A stretch of DNA of 64,000 nt from Oscillospiraceae bacterium (GTDB taxonomy: Bacteria; Bacillota; Clostridia; Oscillospirales; Ruminococcaceae). Positions 28,895 to 37,480 of this stretch are shown in pieces. The notes under the pieces are model-generated. The model had not been told where the DNA came from and searched no databases. It saw only the letters and a list, made by a program, of their open reading frames with translations. A program made the translations under genes and the position numbers. Location: assembly GCA_020054675.1 (NCBI GenBank), contig JAIHAL010000002.1, positions 18,042 to 82,041 of the forward strand. Direction: 5' to 3'. Each line of letters opens with the position of its first letter. Position 1 is the stretch's first letter.

Positions 28895-29521
28895 CTATGC
28901 GAGGTTGTTGTAGTAAAAAACGGCAAGCTGTGTCCGGTCGCGCAGACAAAGCTTTTCAAGGATAATGCTTATGTAATTTCTCACCGTTCCTTCGCTTAAA
29001 AAAAGCTTTGATGAGATTTCCTTGTTTGAAAGGCCGCCGGCGACAAGCTTTATTATTTCAAGTTCTTTGTCGGAAATTCCAAATTCGGACGGGGATTTTT
29101 TTTCTTGCGCATTTCCAAGTATCAGCGGCAGTTTTGAAACGATTTCATCGCCAAAAACATTGTGCCCCTGCATAACAGCTTTTAGGGCTGGAACTATGCT
29201 TTCGTAATGCTGCTTTAAAATATATCCTTTTGCTCCGATTTTAAGCGCTCCGGCTATGTATTCCCCGTCGGAGAAGGTTGTAAGGAAGAGTATTTTTGCA
29301 TCCGGATGTTTTTGAAGTATTCGGCCTGCGGCGTCAATTCCGGAAACAGCCCCCATTCTTATGTCCATGAGCGCTATATCGGGCAAAAATTTTTCATATA
29401 AATCCACAGCTTCCTCGCCGCTGCTGCCAAGAGCAAGGACATCGGCTTCACCGGAAGCCTCCACAATTGTTTTAAGCGCGCCGGAAACAAGAGCATCATC
29501 GTCGACAATTATTATTTTCAT
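28895..29521 (-). CDS. Response regulator, NarL/LuxR family
   Basis: Receiver domain (IIVDDD...MDIRM) plus a LuxR-type HTH (LSNKEISSKLFLSEGTVRNYIS). Confidence 0.9.
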   Translation of the reverse strand: MKIIIVDDDALVSGALKTIVEASGEADVLALGSSGEEAVDLYEKFLPDIALMDIRMGAVSGIDAAGRILQKHPDAKILFLTTFSDGEYIAGALKIGAKGYILKQHYESIVPALKAVMQGHNVFGDEIVSKLPLILGNAQEKKSPSEFGISDKELEIIKLVAGGLSNKEISSKLFLSEGTVRNYISIILEKLCLRDRTQLAVFYYNNLA

Positions 29522-30606
29522 AATTTGCTCCTCTGATTTTTGGGAAGTGAAATAAATATTTTAAATCCGTTTGAATAGCTGTAATTTACTATTCCGCCAA
29601 GTCCCAGAATTCTTTGCCTTATGCTTTCAAGGCCCATTCCTCCGGAATTTGAATATCCCGGCGAAAGCTTTGTGCCGTTGTCAAGTATAATAATTTGGAA
29701 AATGGCCGGATGTTCGTAAATGCTAATTAAAACCTGCGTTGCATTGGAGTGTTTCATAACGTTTGCAAGGGCTTCTTTTGCAATGGCAAGCACCGCATAT
29801 TTGTAGCTTGCCGGCATATTTGAATTTACTTCATATTTTATTATGGCTTTGCAGAAAGAAAATTCATCGGCAAGCTTTTTAAGCTGGGCATAAAGGTCTA
29901 TTGAATCGTCATGCAAATCATGCACGCTTTTTCTTATGGAATTCATTGCCTCGTTCAAGGTATCCTTTATGGTTTGCAGGCTTTTGATGGTATTTTCGTC
30001 CTTTGCAACCGCAATTGCCGCGCCTGTTTGAAGTATTGCGCTTGAAAGCAGGTGTCCTACGTTGTCGTGGATTTCCCTTGCTATCCTGTTGCGCTCGGCA
30101 AGGGTGGCAAGATTTATTTCGCTGTCTTGTTTTTGAGAAAGCTCATGTACCTTGCTGTTCATGCGGATTGAAAATTCATTAAAGTTATCGGATTGCTCAA
30201 TGTATTTGTTTTTTATTTCAGCGGATTTGATTGCCTTTTGCTTTAAAAGGGCTTCAATTGCCGTAAACATCAGAGCTATAAAGCTTACCGGGGCGGAAAG
30301 CATGCTTTGGTTTGCTCCGAGCGGCAAGAGCATTATCAGGAGAATTCCCTGATATTTTTCAAATAAAATATCATATGCGGCAACCGGCAGAAAAATGGCA
30401 AGCTGCGGGAAGAAAAAACAAAGTATGCAAAATGCAAAAAAATATAAAAGGCTGAACTTTTGATTTTCAAAGTATTCCAAAAGAGCGCTTGAAATTACGG
30501 CAAAAAGGACGGGAACTATCGCTCCGTCCGGTCCGTAAAGAAAAAACGCAAATGCCGAAAGGCCAAGTGCTATGGCTATTCTGTTGAAAAGGTGATTCAA
30601 AACCAT
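29518..30606 (-). CDS. Sensor histidine kinase (HisKA_3 type, membrane-embedded N-terminus)
   Basis: Multi-TM N-terminus, H-box RIAREIHDNVGHLLS, and a C-terminal HATPase domain (GGMGLESIRQR). Confidence 0.85.
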   Translation of the reverse strand: MVLNHLFNRIAIALGLSAFAFFLYGPDGAIVPVLFAVISSALLEYFENQKFSLLYFFAFCILCFFFPQLAIFLPVAAYDILFEKYQGILLIMLLPLGANQSMLSAPVSFIALMFTAIEALLKQKAIKSAEIKNKYIEQSDNFNEFSIRMNSKVHELSQKQDSEINLATLAERNRIAREIHDNVGHLLSSAILQTGAAIAVAKDENTIKSLQTIKDTLNEAMNSIRKSVHDLHDDSIDLYAQLKKLADEFSFCKAIIKYEVNSNMPASYKYAVLAIAKEALANVMKHSNATQVLISIYEHPAIFQIIILDNGTKLSPGYSNSGGMGLESIRQRILGLGGIVNYSYSNGFKIFISLPKNQRSKL

Positions 30607-30702
30607 TCACCGCCCGTTTCAAGCTTTTCTTGAAAATTATAGCATATGTTTTGAAAAAATGAAAGTATTATATTAAATTTAAAAAAGAAAAAAGCGATAT
30701 AG

Positions 30703-30734
30703 ATGTTTCAAATTTTGTTGAAACATGGTATAAT
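30703..30734 (+). promoter_or_regulatory. Promoter candidate overlapped by a perfect 9-bp inverted repeat
   Basis: ATGTTTCAA (30703-30711) and TTGAAACAT (30718-30726), then TGG-TATAAT (30729-30734). Confidence 0.35.
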
Positions 30735-30764
30735 AAAATCAATTATGAATTGGAGGGCTTTTTT

Positions 30765-31034
30765 ATGAGAGCGGTAATTACTGTTATAGGAAAAGATACG
30801 GTGGGAATCCTTGCTAAGGTCAGCGGGATTTGCGCCGAATACAATGCAAACGTGATTGAAGTTACGCAATCCGTTTTGCAGGATATGTTTGCAATGATAA
30901 TGCTTGTTGATATCTCAAAGCTTAATACCGGATTTACGGCTTTAAGCGACAGAATGAGCAGTCTTGGCAAAGAGCTTGGACTTTCAATCCACACGATGCA
31001 TGAGGATATTTTTAATTCCATGCATAGAATATAA
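30765..31034 (+). CDS. ACT domain protein (UPF0237-like)
   Basis: GGAGGG RBS with ATG at 30765. [20 protein letters not shown] is an ACT-fold N-terminus. Paired with the UPF0210 gene downstream. Confidence 0.75.
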   Translation: MRAVITVIGKDTVGILAKVSGICAEYNANVIEVTQSVLQDMFAMIMLVDISKLNTGFTALSDRMSSLGKELGLSIHTMHEDIFNSMHRI

Positions 31035-31054
31035 GGCAAAAATGGGAGGATTTC

Positions 31055-32410
31055 ATGCTTAACGTTTACGATATACTGGAAACTATCCGCATGATACAGG
31101 ACGAATGCCTTGACATACGCACAATAACAATGGGCATATCGCTTTTGGATTGCATTGACAGTGACATCGACAAGGCCTGTGATAAAGTTTACGACAAAAT
31201 AACCCGCTGCGCAAAAGACCTTGTTAAGGTTGGCGAGGACCTTGAAAAGGAATACGGCATACCGATAATAAACAAGAGGCTTTCAGTTACCCCGATTGCC
31301 ATTGTTTCGGCGGCCTGCAAGTCAAGTCCGGTCAAATTTGCCCTTACAATGGAAAAAGCTGCAAAGGCGGTTGGAGTAAATCTGATAGGCGGATATTCCG
31401 CGCTTGTGCAAAAGGGATTCAGCGCCGGAGATTTGGAGCTTATAAACTCAATTCCGGAAGCGCTTGCATTAACCAGCAACGTGTGCTCGTCGGTTAATAT
31501 TGGTTCCACAAAAACGGGAATAAATCTTGACGCCTGCAAAATAATGGGAAGAATTGTGAAAGAAACCGCTGAAAAAACAGTTGATAATAACTGCTTTGGA
31601 GCGGCAAAACTTGTTGTATTCTGCAATGCTCCCGATGACAATCCGTTCATGGCGGGCGCGTTCCATGGAGTCGGACAGCCTGATTGCATAATAAACGTTG
31701 GAGTTTCCGGCCCCGGAGTTGTCCGCGCGGCGCTTTCAAAATATCCTGATGCGGATATTACTGAAATTGCGGACATAATAAAGAAAACATCGTATAAAAT
31801 AACAAGGGTGGGACAGCTTGTCGGAGTAAAAGCATCTGAAAGACTTGGCGTACCGTTTGGAATAGTTGACCTTTCACTTGCTCCGACTCCTGCGGTCGGC
31901 GACAGCGTTGCCCATATACTTGAAGAAATCGGACTTGAAAAATGCGGTGCTCCGGGAACTACCGCAACGCTTGCGCTTCTTAATGATGCGGTGAAAAAAG
32001 GCGGAGTTATGGCATGTTCAAGGATAGGCGGGCTTTCCGGCGCATTTATTCCGGTATCTGAGGATGCGGGAATGATTGATGCAGCAAAGAGCGGTTCGCT
32101 TTGCATTGAAAAGCTTGAAGCAATGACTGCCGTATGTTCGGTGGGACTTGATATGATTGTGGTTCCGGGGAATACTACTGCTGATACGATAGCGGCAATT
32201 ATTGCGGATGAAGCGGCTATTGGCATGGTTAACAGCAAGACCACTGCGGTAAGGATTATTCCTGCGATAGGAAAGGATATCGGCGAGGAGCTTGATTGGG
32301 GAGGACTCTTCGGCTGCGGGCCTGTTATGAAAGTCAACACCAACTCTCCTTCAAAATTTATAAACAGGGGCGGACAAATTCCGGCGCCTTTGCAAAGCCT
32401 TAAAAATTAA
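31055..32410 (+). CDS. UPF0210/DUF711 (PFL-like) family protein
   Basis: 451 aa. The start ...[23 protein letters not shown] is typical of this conserved family, which usually partners an ACT protein. Confidence 0.75.
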   Translation: MLNVYDILETIRMIQDECLDIRTITMGISLLDCIDSDIDKACDKVYDKITRCAKDLVKVGEDLEKEYGIPIINKRLSVTPIAIVSAACKSSPVKFALTMEKAAKAVGVNLIGGYSALVQKGFSAGDLELINSIPEALALTSNVCSSVNIGSTKTGINLDACKIMGRIVKETAEKTVDNNCFGAAKLVVFCNAPDDNPFMAGAFHGVGQPDCIINVGVSGPGVVRAALSKYPDADITEIADIIKKTSYKITRVGQLVGVKASERLGVPFGIVDLSLAPTPAVGDSVAHILEEIGLEKCGAPGTTATLALLNDAVKKGGVMACSRIGGLSGAFIPVSEDAGMIDAAKSGSLCIEKLEAMTAVCSVGLDMIVVPGNTTADTIAAIIADEAAIGMVNSKTTAVRIIPAIGKDIGEELDWGGLFGCGPVMKVNTNSPSKFINRGGQIPAPLQSLKN

Positions 32411-32513
32411 AAAAATATTAATAGAGGGCATGTTGTATATAAATCTAATAAAATTTTATACAATACCTACAAATATTTATGCGTAAAATAGGCATATTTT
32501 AAAGGATTGCCGA

Positions 32514-32542
32514 TTGAAAAAACGCGCAAAAAGGTATATTAT
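32514..32542 (+). promoter_or_regulatory. Sigma-A promoter candidate for the V-ATPase operon
   Basis: TTGAAA at 32514-32519, 17-nt spacer, TATTAT at 32537-32542. Confidence 0.35.
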
Positions 32543-32632
32543 ATCTTACGGATGCAATGAAGGATTTGAAGATGTTTTATTTCCTCTTGCATCCTGCGTT
32601 CTTTTTGGCAAACTTTATTAGGGGGTGTTTTT

Positions 32633-32944
32633 ATGGACAACATCATAAACAAGATTATTGAAATAGACGATGAGGCTTGCAGGCGTGTCGAGGACGCCGA
32701 AGAAAAAAAGAAACAGATTATTTCCCAAGCAAAGCTTGAAGCTGCGGGGATAAAGGAAGAGCATAAAAAAAGGGCCGACGAAAAGCTTGTAAAGGTTGAA
32801 GAATGTGAAAAATCCGTGGCGGATGAAAAAATAGCAAAAATAGAAAATGAAAAGCAGGAAAAAATAAAAGCGCTGCAAAAGATTTTTGACGATAACCATC
32901 TTGCATGGGAACAGGAAATTTTTAAAAGAATAGTCGGTGAATGA
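32633..32944 (+). CDS. V-type ATPase peripheral-stalk small subunit (G/H-like)
   Basis: 103-aa charged helical protein. First gene of the ntp-like operon. GGGGGTG RBS. Confidence 0.6.
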   Translation: MDNIINKIIEIDDEACRRVEDAEEKKKQIISQAKLEAAGIKEEHKKRADEKLVKVEECEKSVADEKIAKIENEKQEKIKALQKIFDDNHLAWEQEIFKRIVGE

Positions 32945-33998
32945 CATGTTTGATATGTTTTCAACCAATGCGACAATTGCAAAGGCACGCGCTATATATG
33001 GAAAAAGGCTCACGCCGGAAGATTACCGCGAGCTTATGCATAAAAACAGCGTGGCCGAAATTGCCGAATATTTAAAGCGCAATACGCATTACCGCGACGT
33101 GCTTTCTTCAATAGAAACTTCAACCATACACAGAGGCTTTTTGGAAACGATTCTGAAACGCTGGAACTTTGACCTTTATGTAAAGCTTTGCAGCTTTCAG
33201 CATTTGGATGAAATCCCTTTTTACAATTACCTTGTGGTAAAAAATGAGGTTTCTGAAATTGTAAGCGCAATACTGCATTTAAACGCAAAGGAAAGCGATG
33301 ATTATATATCTTCGCTGCCGGGATATTTTATAAAGCATGCCTCTTTTGATTTGATAGAGCTTGCGCGGGCAAGGGATTATGATGAGATTTTAAAAGTCAT
33401 AAAAAATACGCCTTATTACAATATCATAAAAGATTTTACTCCTGATGAAAATGGGCTTTATGATTGCACAATGATTGAGTCAAAACTGAGGACGTATTAT
33501 CTTAAAGCTGTTGCCAAACAAATTAAAAAGGATTTTTCAAAGAAGACGGCAGATACGCTTACTTCATTGATAAAGACACAGCTTGACCTTATAAACATAA
33601 TAAACGGGTACAGGCTGAAAGCCTTTTCCGGTGCCGATGCAGAAACGATAGAGGAGTATTCATTAAAGCTTTACGGCAGACTTTCAAAAAATGCTCAGCA
33701 TGAGCTTTACAGCGCAGCGGATGCAGATGATTATATAAAGCGGCTTCAAAAGACTTATTATGGCAGGCAGCTTGAAAGGCTTGGAGAACCTCTAACAAAG
33801 GATATGCTTGAAAAACAACTCCATGTTTTAAGGACAAAGTATGCAAAGCTTGCCCTGCGTCAGATTCAATCCGCCCCGGTAAGCCTTTATACGATAGTTT
33901 ATTTGTTTGAAGTTGAAATTTATAACATAATAAGCATTATTGAAGGCATAAGGTATAAAGCGCCTATGTCATATGTTGAAAAACTTTTAATTATTTAA
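32937..33998 (+). CDS. ntpC: V-type ATP synthase subunit C (d-type)
   Basis: Operon position, 353-aa size, and all-helical composition. GTG at 32937 overlaps the upstream stop; ATG at 32946 is an alternative start. Confidence 0.75.
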   Translation: MNDMFDMFSTNATIAKARAIYGKRLTPEDYRELMHKNSVAEIAEYLKRNTHYRDVLSSIETSTIHRGFLETILKRWNFDLYVKLCSFQHLDEIPFYNYLVVKNEVSEIVSAILHLNAKESDDYISSLPGYFIKHASFDLIELARARDYDEILKVIKNTPYYNIIKDFTPDENGLYDCTMIESKLRTYYLKAVAKQIKKDFSKKTADTLTSLIKTQLDLINIINGYRLKAFSGADAETIEEYSLKLYGRLSKNAQHELYSAADADDYIKRLQKTYYGRQLERLGEPLTKDMLEKQLHVLRTKYAKLALRQIQSAPVSLYTIVYLFEVEIYNIISIIEGIRYKAPMSYVEKLLII

Positions 33999-34030
33999 AG
34001 GCTGCATATTTTATTTTAGGGGGTGGCTTC

Positions 34031-35977
34031 ATGTCAATAGAGAGAATGGAACTGGTCAACATAGCCGGCCTTGTAAAGGACCTTGACGAAGTTCTGGAAA
34101 GATGCTGCCAAAGCCAATGCTTCCATATTGAGGCTGCAAGCCATGATATGGATGACAATAACGGATTTAAGGCGCTGAGCGAGGAAAATCCATATACCGA
34201 GTGTCTGAAAAGGGTTTATTCGGTTGCCCAGACGGTATCATACCGACCGAAAGGGGTGGATTATTCGGATGTAAAAATGGAGGAAACGGAAGATTTTGAA
34301 CGTTATGTTTCGGAGCTTGAAAAAAGCTTTTCGGAATACAATCTAAAAATTTCAGAGCTTTCAAAATCCATTTCAATGAGGGAACAGGCGCTTATCCAGC
34401 TTAACCATCTTAAAGGGCTTAATGTTGACTTCAAAAAGATTTTTTCCTGCAAAAATATAGGCGTTAGGTTTGGAAAACTTCCTGCGGACAGCTATCAAAA
34501 ACTGGTTTACTACAATGACAGGCCGTTTGTGTTTGTGGCTTTTGACAACGATAAGGATTACTACTGGGGAGTTTATTTCGTTCCGAATGCGCATAAAGCG
34601 GTTGCCGATGATATTTTTGAATCCCTATATTTTGAAAGGGTAAGGATACCTGACTTTGTAAAGGGAACTGCCGAAAACGCAATAGAGGAAATTACCGCCG
34701 AGCTTGAAAGTGAAAAACGAGAGCTTGAGCAGGCAAAGCAGGACATTTCAAATTTGCTTGCCGAAAAGAAAAGCGAAATTGATAAGCTTTTCAGCAAGCT
34801 CAAGTACTTGCATGATATATTTGAGCTTAGGAAAAATGTAAGTGCGTTAAAGGATAAGTTTTATCTTGTGGGATTTGTACCCAAAAAGGAAACCAAAAAG
34901 TTTATGAGCATCTTTGCCGATATGCCGGATGTTGCGGTGCTTATAAATCCGCCGGAGCTTGACAGCAGGCTTGAGCCGCCTATAAAGCTTAAAAACAACT
35001 GGTTTGCAAAGCCTTTTGAAATATTTGTTGAAATGTATGGGCTGCCATCATACAACGGCTTTAACCCGACAATGTTTGTGGCGATTACTTATACGCTGAT
35101 ATTCGGCATAATGTTCGGTGATTTGGGGCAGGGTCTTGTAATTGCGCTTGCAGGGCTTTTCATTTGGAAAAAGAAAAAGAACCGGTTTGGGCAGATTTTA
35201 ACGCGCATAGGATGTTCCAGCGCATTTTTCGGACTTGTCTACGGCTCGGTTTTCGGGTATGAGGAAGCTTTAAATCCGCTTTATAAGCTTATAGGATTGA
35301 AAGAAAAACCGATTGAAGTTTTTGAAAGTACTCATACTATTTTGCTTGGTGCAATTTCAATTGGAGTTGTACTCATAATAGTTTCAATACTTATCAATAT
35401 ATTTATAAACTTAAAAAACAAGGATTATGAAAAAGCTTTGTTCGGGAACAGCGGTCTTGCGGGACTTGTATTCTACACTTCAACGCTTGTTGCAATGGTT
35501 TCAACCTTTGTTTTCGGGCATAATCTCTTTAAGGCGCCTTATGTTTTGGGACTTATTGTTCTGCCGCTTCTGGTTATGTTTTTCCGCGTGCCTCTTGCAA
35601 AGCTTGCCCATACGAAAGGGCATATTGAGGAAAGCGAAGGCGGCATAGGAGAATTCATAACCGAAAACTTCTTCGAGCTTTTTGAGTATTTGCTCAGCTA
35701 TATTACGAACACCATGTCATTTTTGAGGATAGGCGGATTTGTGCTTTCACATGCCGGCCTTATGCTTGTGGTGATGGTTCTTGCGAAAAACGCTGCGGCA
35801 TTTGCCGCCCCGATTGTAGTTGTAATAGGCAACATATTTGTAATATGTTTGGAGGGTCTGATTGTCGGAATCCAGTGCCTCAGGCTTGAGTATTACGAAA
35901 TGTTTTCACGCTTCTATGAGGGCGACGGGCATGCGTTTAAGCCGGTCAGCGTGGATTACAATTCTGAAATAGAGTAA
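34031..35977 (+). CDS. ntpI: V-type ATP synthase subunit I
   Basis: 648 aa. Soluble coiled N-terminal half plus a polytopic C-terminal half carrying the conserved LRLxxxE-type Arg region (SFLRIGGF). Confidence 0.85.
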   Translation: MSIERMELVNIAGLVKDLDEVLERCCQSQCFHIEAASHDMDDNNGFKALSEENPYTECLKRVYSVAQTVSYRPKGVDYSDVKMEETEDFERYVSELEKSFSEYNLKISELSKSISMREQALIQLNHLKGLNVDFKKIFSCKNIGVRFGKLPADSYQKLVYYNDRPFVFVAFDNDKDYYWGVYFVPNAHKAVADDIFESLYFERVRIPDFVKGTAENAIEEITAELESEKRELEQAKQDISNLLAEKKSEIDKLFSKLKYLHDIFELRKNVSALKDKFYLVGFVPKKETKKFMSIFADMPDVAVLINPPELDSRLEPPIKLKNNWFAKPFEIFVEMYGLPSYNGFNPTMFVAITYTLIFGIMFGDLGQGLVIALAGLFIWKKKKNRFGQILTRIGCSSAFFGLVYGSVFGYEEALNPLYKLIGLKEKPIEVFESTHTILLGAISIGVVLIIVSILINIFINLKNKDYEKALFGNSGLAGLVFYTSTLVAMVSTFVFGHNLFKAPYVLGLIVLPLLVMFFRVPLAKLAHTKGHIEESEGGIGEFITENFFELFEYLLSYITNTMSFLRIGGFVLSHAGLMLVVMVLAKNAAAFAAPIVVVIGNIFVICLEGLIVGIQCLRLEYYEMFSRFYEGDGHAFKPVSVDYNSEIE

Positions 35978-36042
35978 TCCTGCAAGTTTAGTTTTATTTT
36001 TAAATTAAAAATATAAAAAAACATCTTTTGGAGGAATTTACT

Positions 36043-36486
36043 ATGGAAATCACAAAAATTATTGAAATCGTATTGCTTCCCCTTGCTATTGTAATCATGC
36101 TTTTCATGCCGCTTATACCGATTGTGAGAGGCGTAAAAACAGGGAAAAAGGCTAAAAATGCAATCATATTCAATCTTTGCTCATTCTTTGCGGTAATTGC
36201 TTTGGCAATTATTCTTCCGGTTGGACAGCTTATTGGATTTGCCGCAACTGATACTGCAGCTGCTGTTGTTGACAGCACAAAAGGAATGGCTTATCTTGGA
36301 GCGGCAATAGCTACTGGTCTTTCGTGCGTCGGATGCGGAATTGCCGTTGGTGGAGCTGCCCCTGCTGCAATCGGAGCTGTTGCCGAAGATCCGAAATCAT
36401 TTGTTAAATCGCTTATTTTCGTTGCCCTTGGCGAAGGTGTTGCAATTTACGGCATACTTATATCGATTTTAATTCTCTTTATGTAA
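36043..36486 (+). CDS. ntpK: V-type ATP synthase proteolipid subunit K
   Basis: GGAGG RBS with ATG at 36043. The C-terminal hairpin has a Gly/Ala-rich helix and the carboxylate helix FVALGEGVAIYG. Confidence 0.8.
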   Translation: MEITKIIEIVLLPLAIVIMLFMPLIPIVRGVKTGKKAKNAIIFNLCSFFAVIALAIILPVGQLIGFAATDTAAAVVDSTKGMAYLGAAIATGLSCVGCGIAVGGAAPAAIGAVAEDPKSFVKSLIFVALGEGVAIYGILISILILFM

Positions 36487-36507
36487 TTTAGCAAAGGAAG
36501 TATTGCT

Positions 36508-36816
36508 ATGCAGTTTTATTTAATCAGCGACAATATCGATACGCAGATGGGGATGCGCCTTGCGGGAATCGACGGCGTTGTTGTCCATGAATACGATGAA
36601 GTCGTTGCGGAGCTTAAAAAAGCCGCGGACAATCCGGAAGTGGCAATTGTCCTTATGACAGAAAAGCTTGTAAAGCTTTGCGACGAATATGTGTATGATT
36701 TTAAGCTCAACAAAAAACGTCCGCTGATTGTTGAAATACCCGACCGCCATGCTACATCGAGCATAACCACCGCAATTTCAAGGTATGTGCATGAGGCGAT
36801 AGGGATTAAGATTTAA
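36508..36816 (+). CDS. ntpF: V-type ATP synthase subunit F
   Basis: 102 aa. The GMRLAGIDGVVV pattern is typical of V/A-type F subunits. Confidence 0.8.
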   Translation: MQFYLISDNIDTQMGMRLAGIDGVVVHEYDEVVAELKKAADNPEVAIVLMTEKLVKLCDEYVYDFKLNKKRPLIVEIPDRHATSSITTAISRYVHEAIGIKI

Positions 36817-36865
36817 CATTTTGAAAAGTCCCTTTTTAGGGGATTTCCTGTAAGGAGGTTTTCCA

Positions 36866-37480
36866 ATGGATGCGGTAAACCAGATGCTTGATGTTGGAAT
36901 AGAAAAGCTGGAGCGCTTTATTCATGCGGTTGATGCCGAAGTTGAAAAAGAAGTAAACCGGATTATAAGCGAGGGCGAAGCGTCAAGGGAAGAAATCTTA
37001 AAGGACGCAAAGGAAGAATCGCTTAATGCTGCTTACCAAACGCTTCAGGACAGCATAAAAAAGATTTATGCAAAATATGTAAAAATCGTGGCAAAAGCTG
37101 AGCTTGATGCCAAGAGGGAAGTTCTCAGCAAGAGAGGGGAACTTATAGACCTTGTTTTTGAAAATGTAAAAAAAGCACTTAAAGAATTTGCTCAAACTCC
37201 GCAGTATGCAAAGTTTCTTGTAAAACTTGCAAAAGAGCAGAACATTGTGCCGGGGGCGCAGATATGCTTAAAGCCGGAGGATATGAAATATGCCGGCGAA
37301 ATAAAAGAAGCTCTTGGCGCACAGGTTGAATTTAAAGAGGATAATTCGATAAAGCTTGGCGGAATTTGTGTTTTTTATCCGGAGAAGTCATTGCTTTTGG
37401 ATAAAACCATTGATTTGGCGCTTGCAAACCAAAAAGAAGCTTTTGTTGAAAAGAACTGCTTTTCACAGGATTTAATATGA
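36866..37480 (+). CDS. ntpE: V-type ATP synthase subunit E
   Basis: 204 aa. Long charged N-terminal helix plus a globular C-terminus. AAGGAGG RBS. Confidence 0.75.
   Translation: MDAVNQMLDVGIEKLERFIHAVDAEVEKEVNRIISEGEASREEILKDAKEESLNAAYQTLQDSIKKIYAKYVKIVAKAELDAKREVLSKRGELIDLVFENVKKALKEFAQTPQYAKFLVKLAKEQNIVPGAQICLKPEDMKYAGEIKEALGAQVEFKEDNSIKLGGICVFYPEKSLLLDKTIDLALANQKEAFVEKNCFSQDLI

Noticed and set aside
31189-32343. 384-aa ORF on the minus strand
   Set aside because: It lies entirely antisense to the well-supported UPF0210 gene. The translation is Ser/Pro/Ala/Thr low-complexity with no RBS, which is typical of a shadow ORF.
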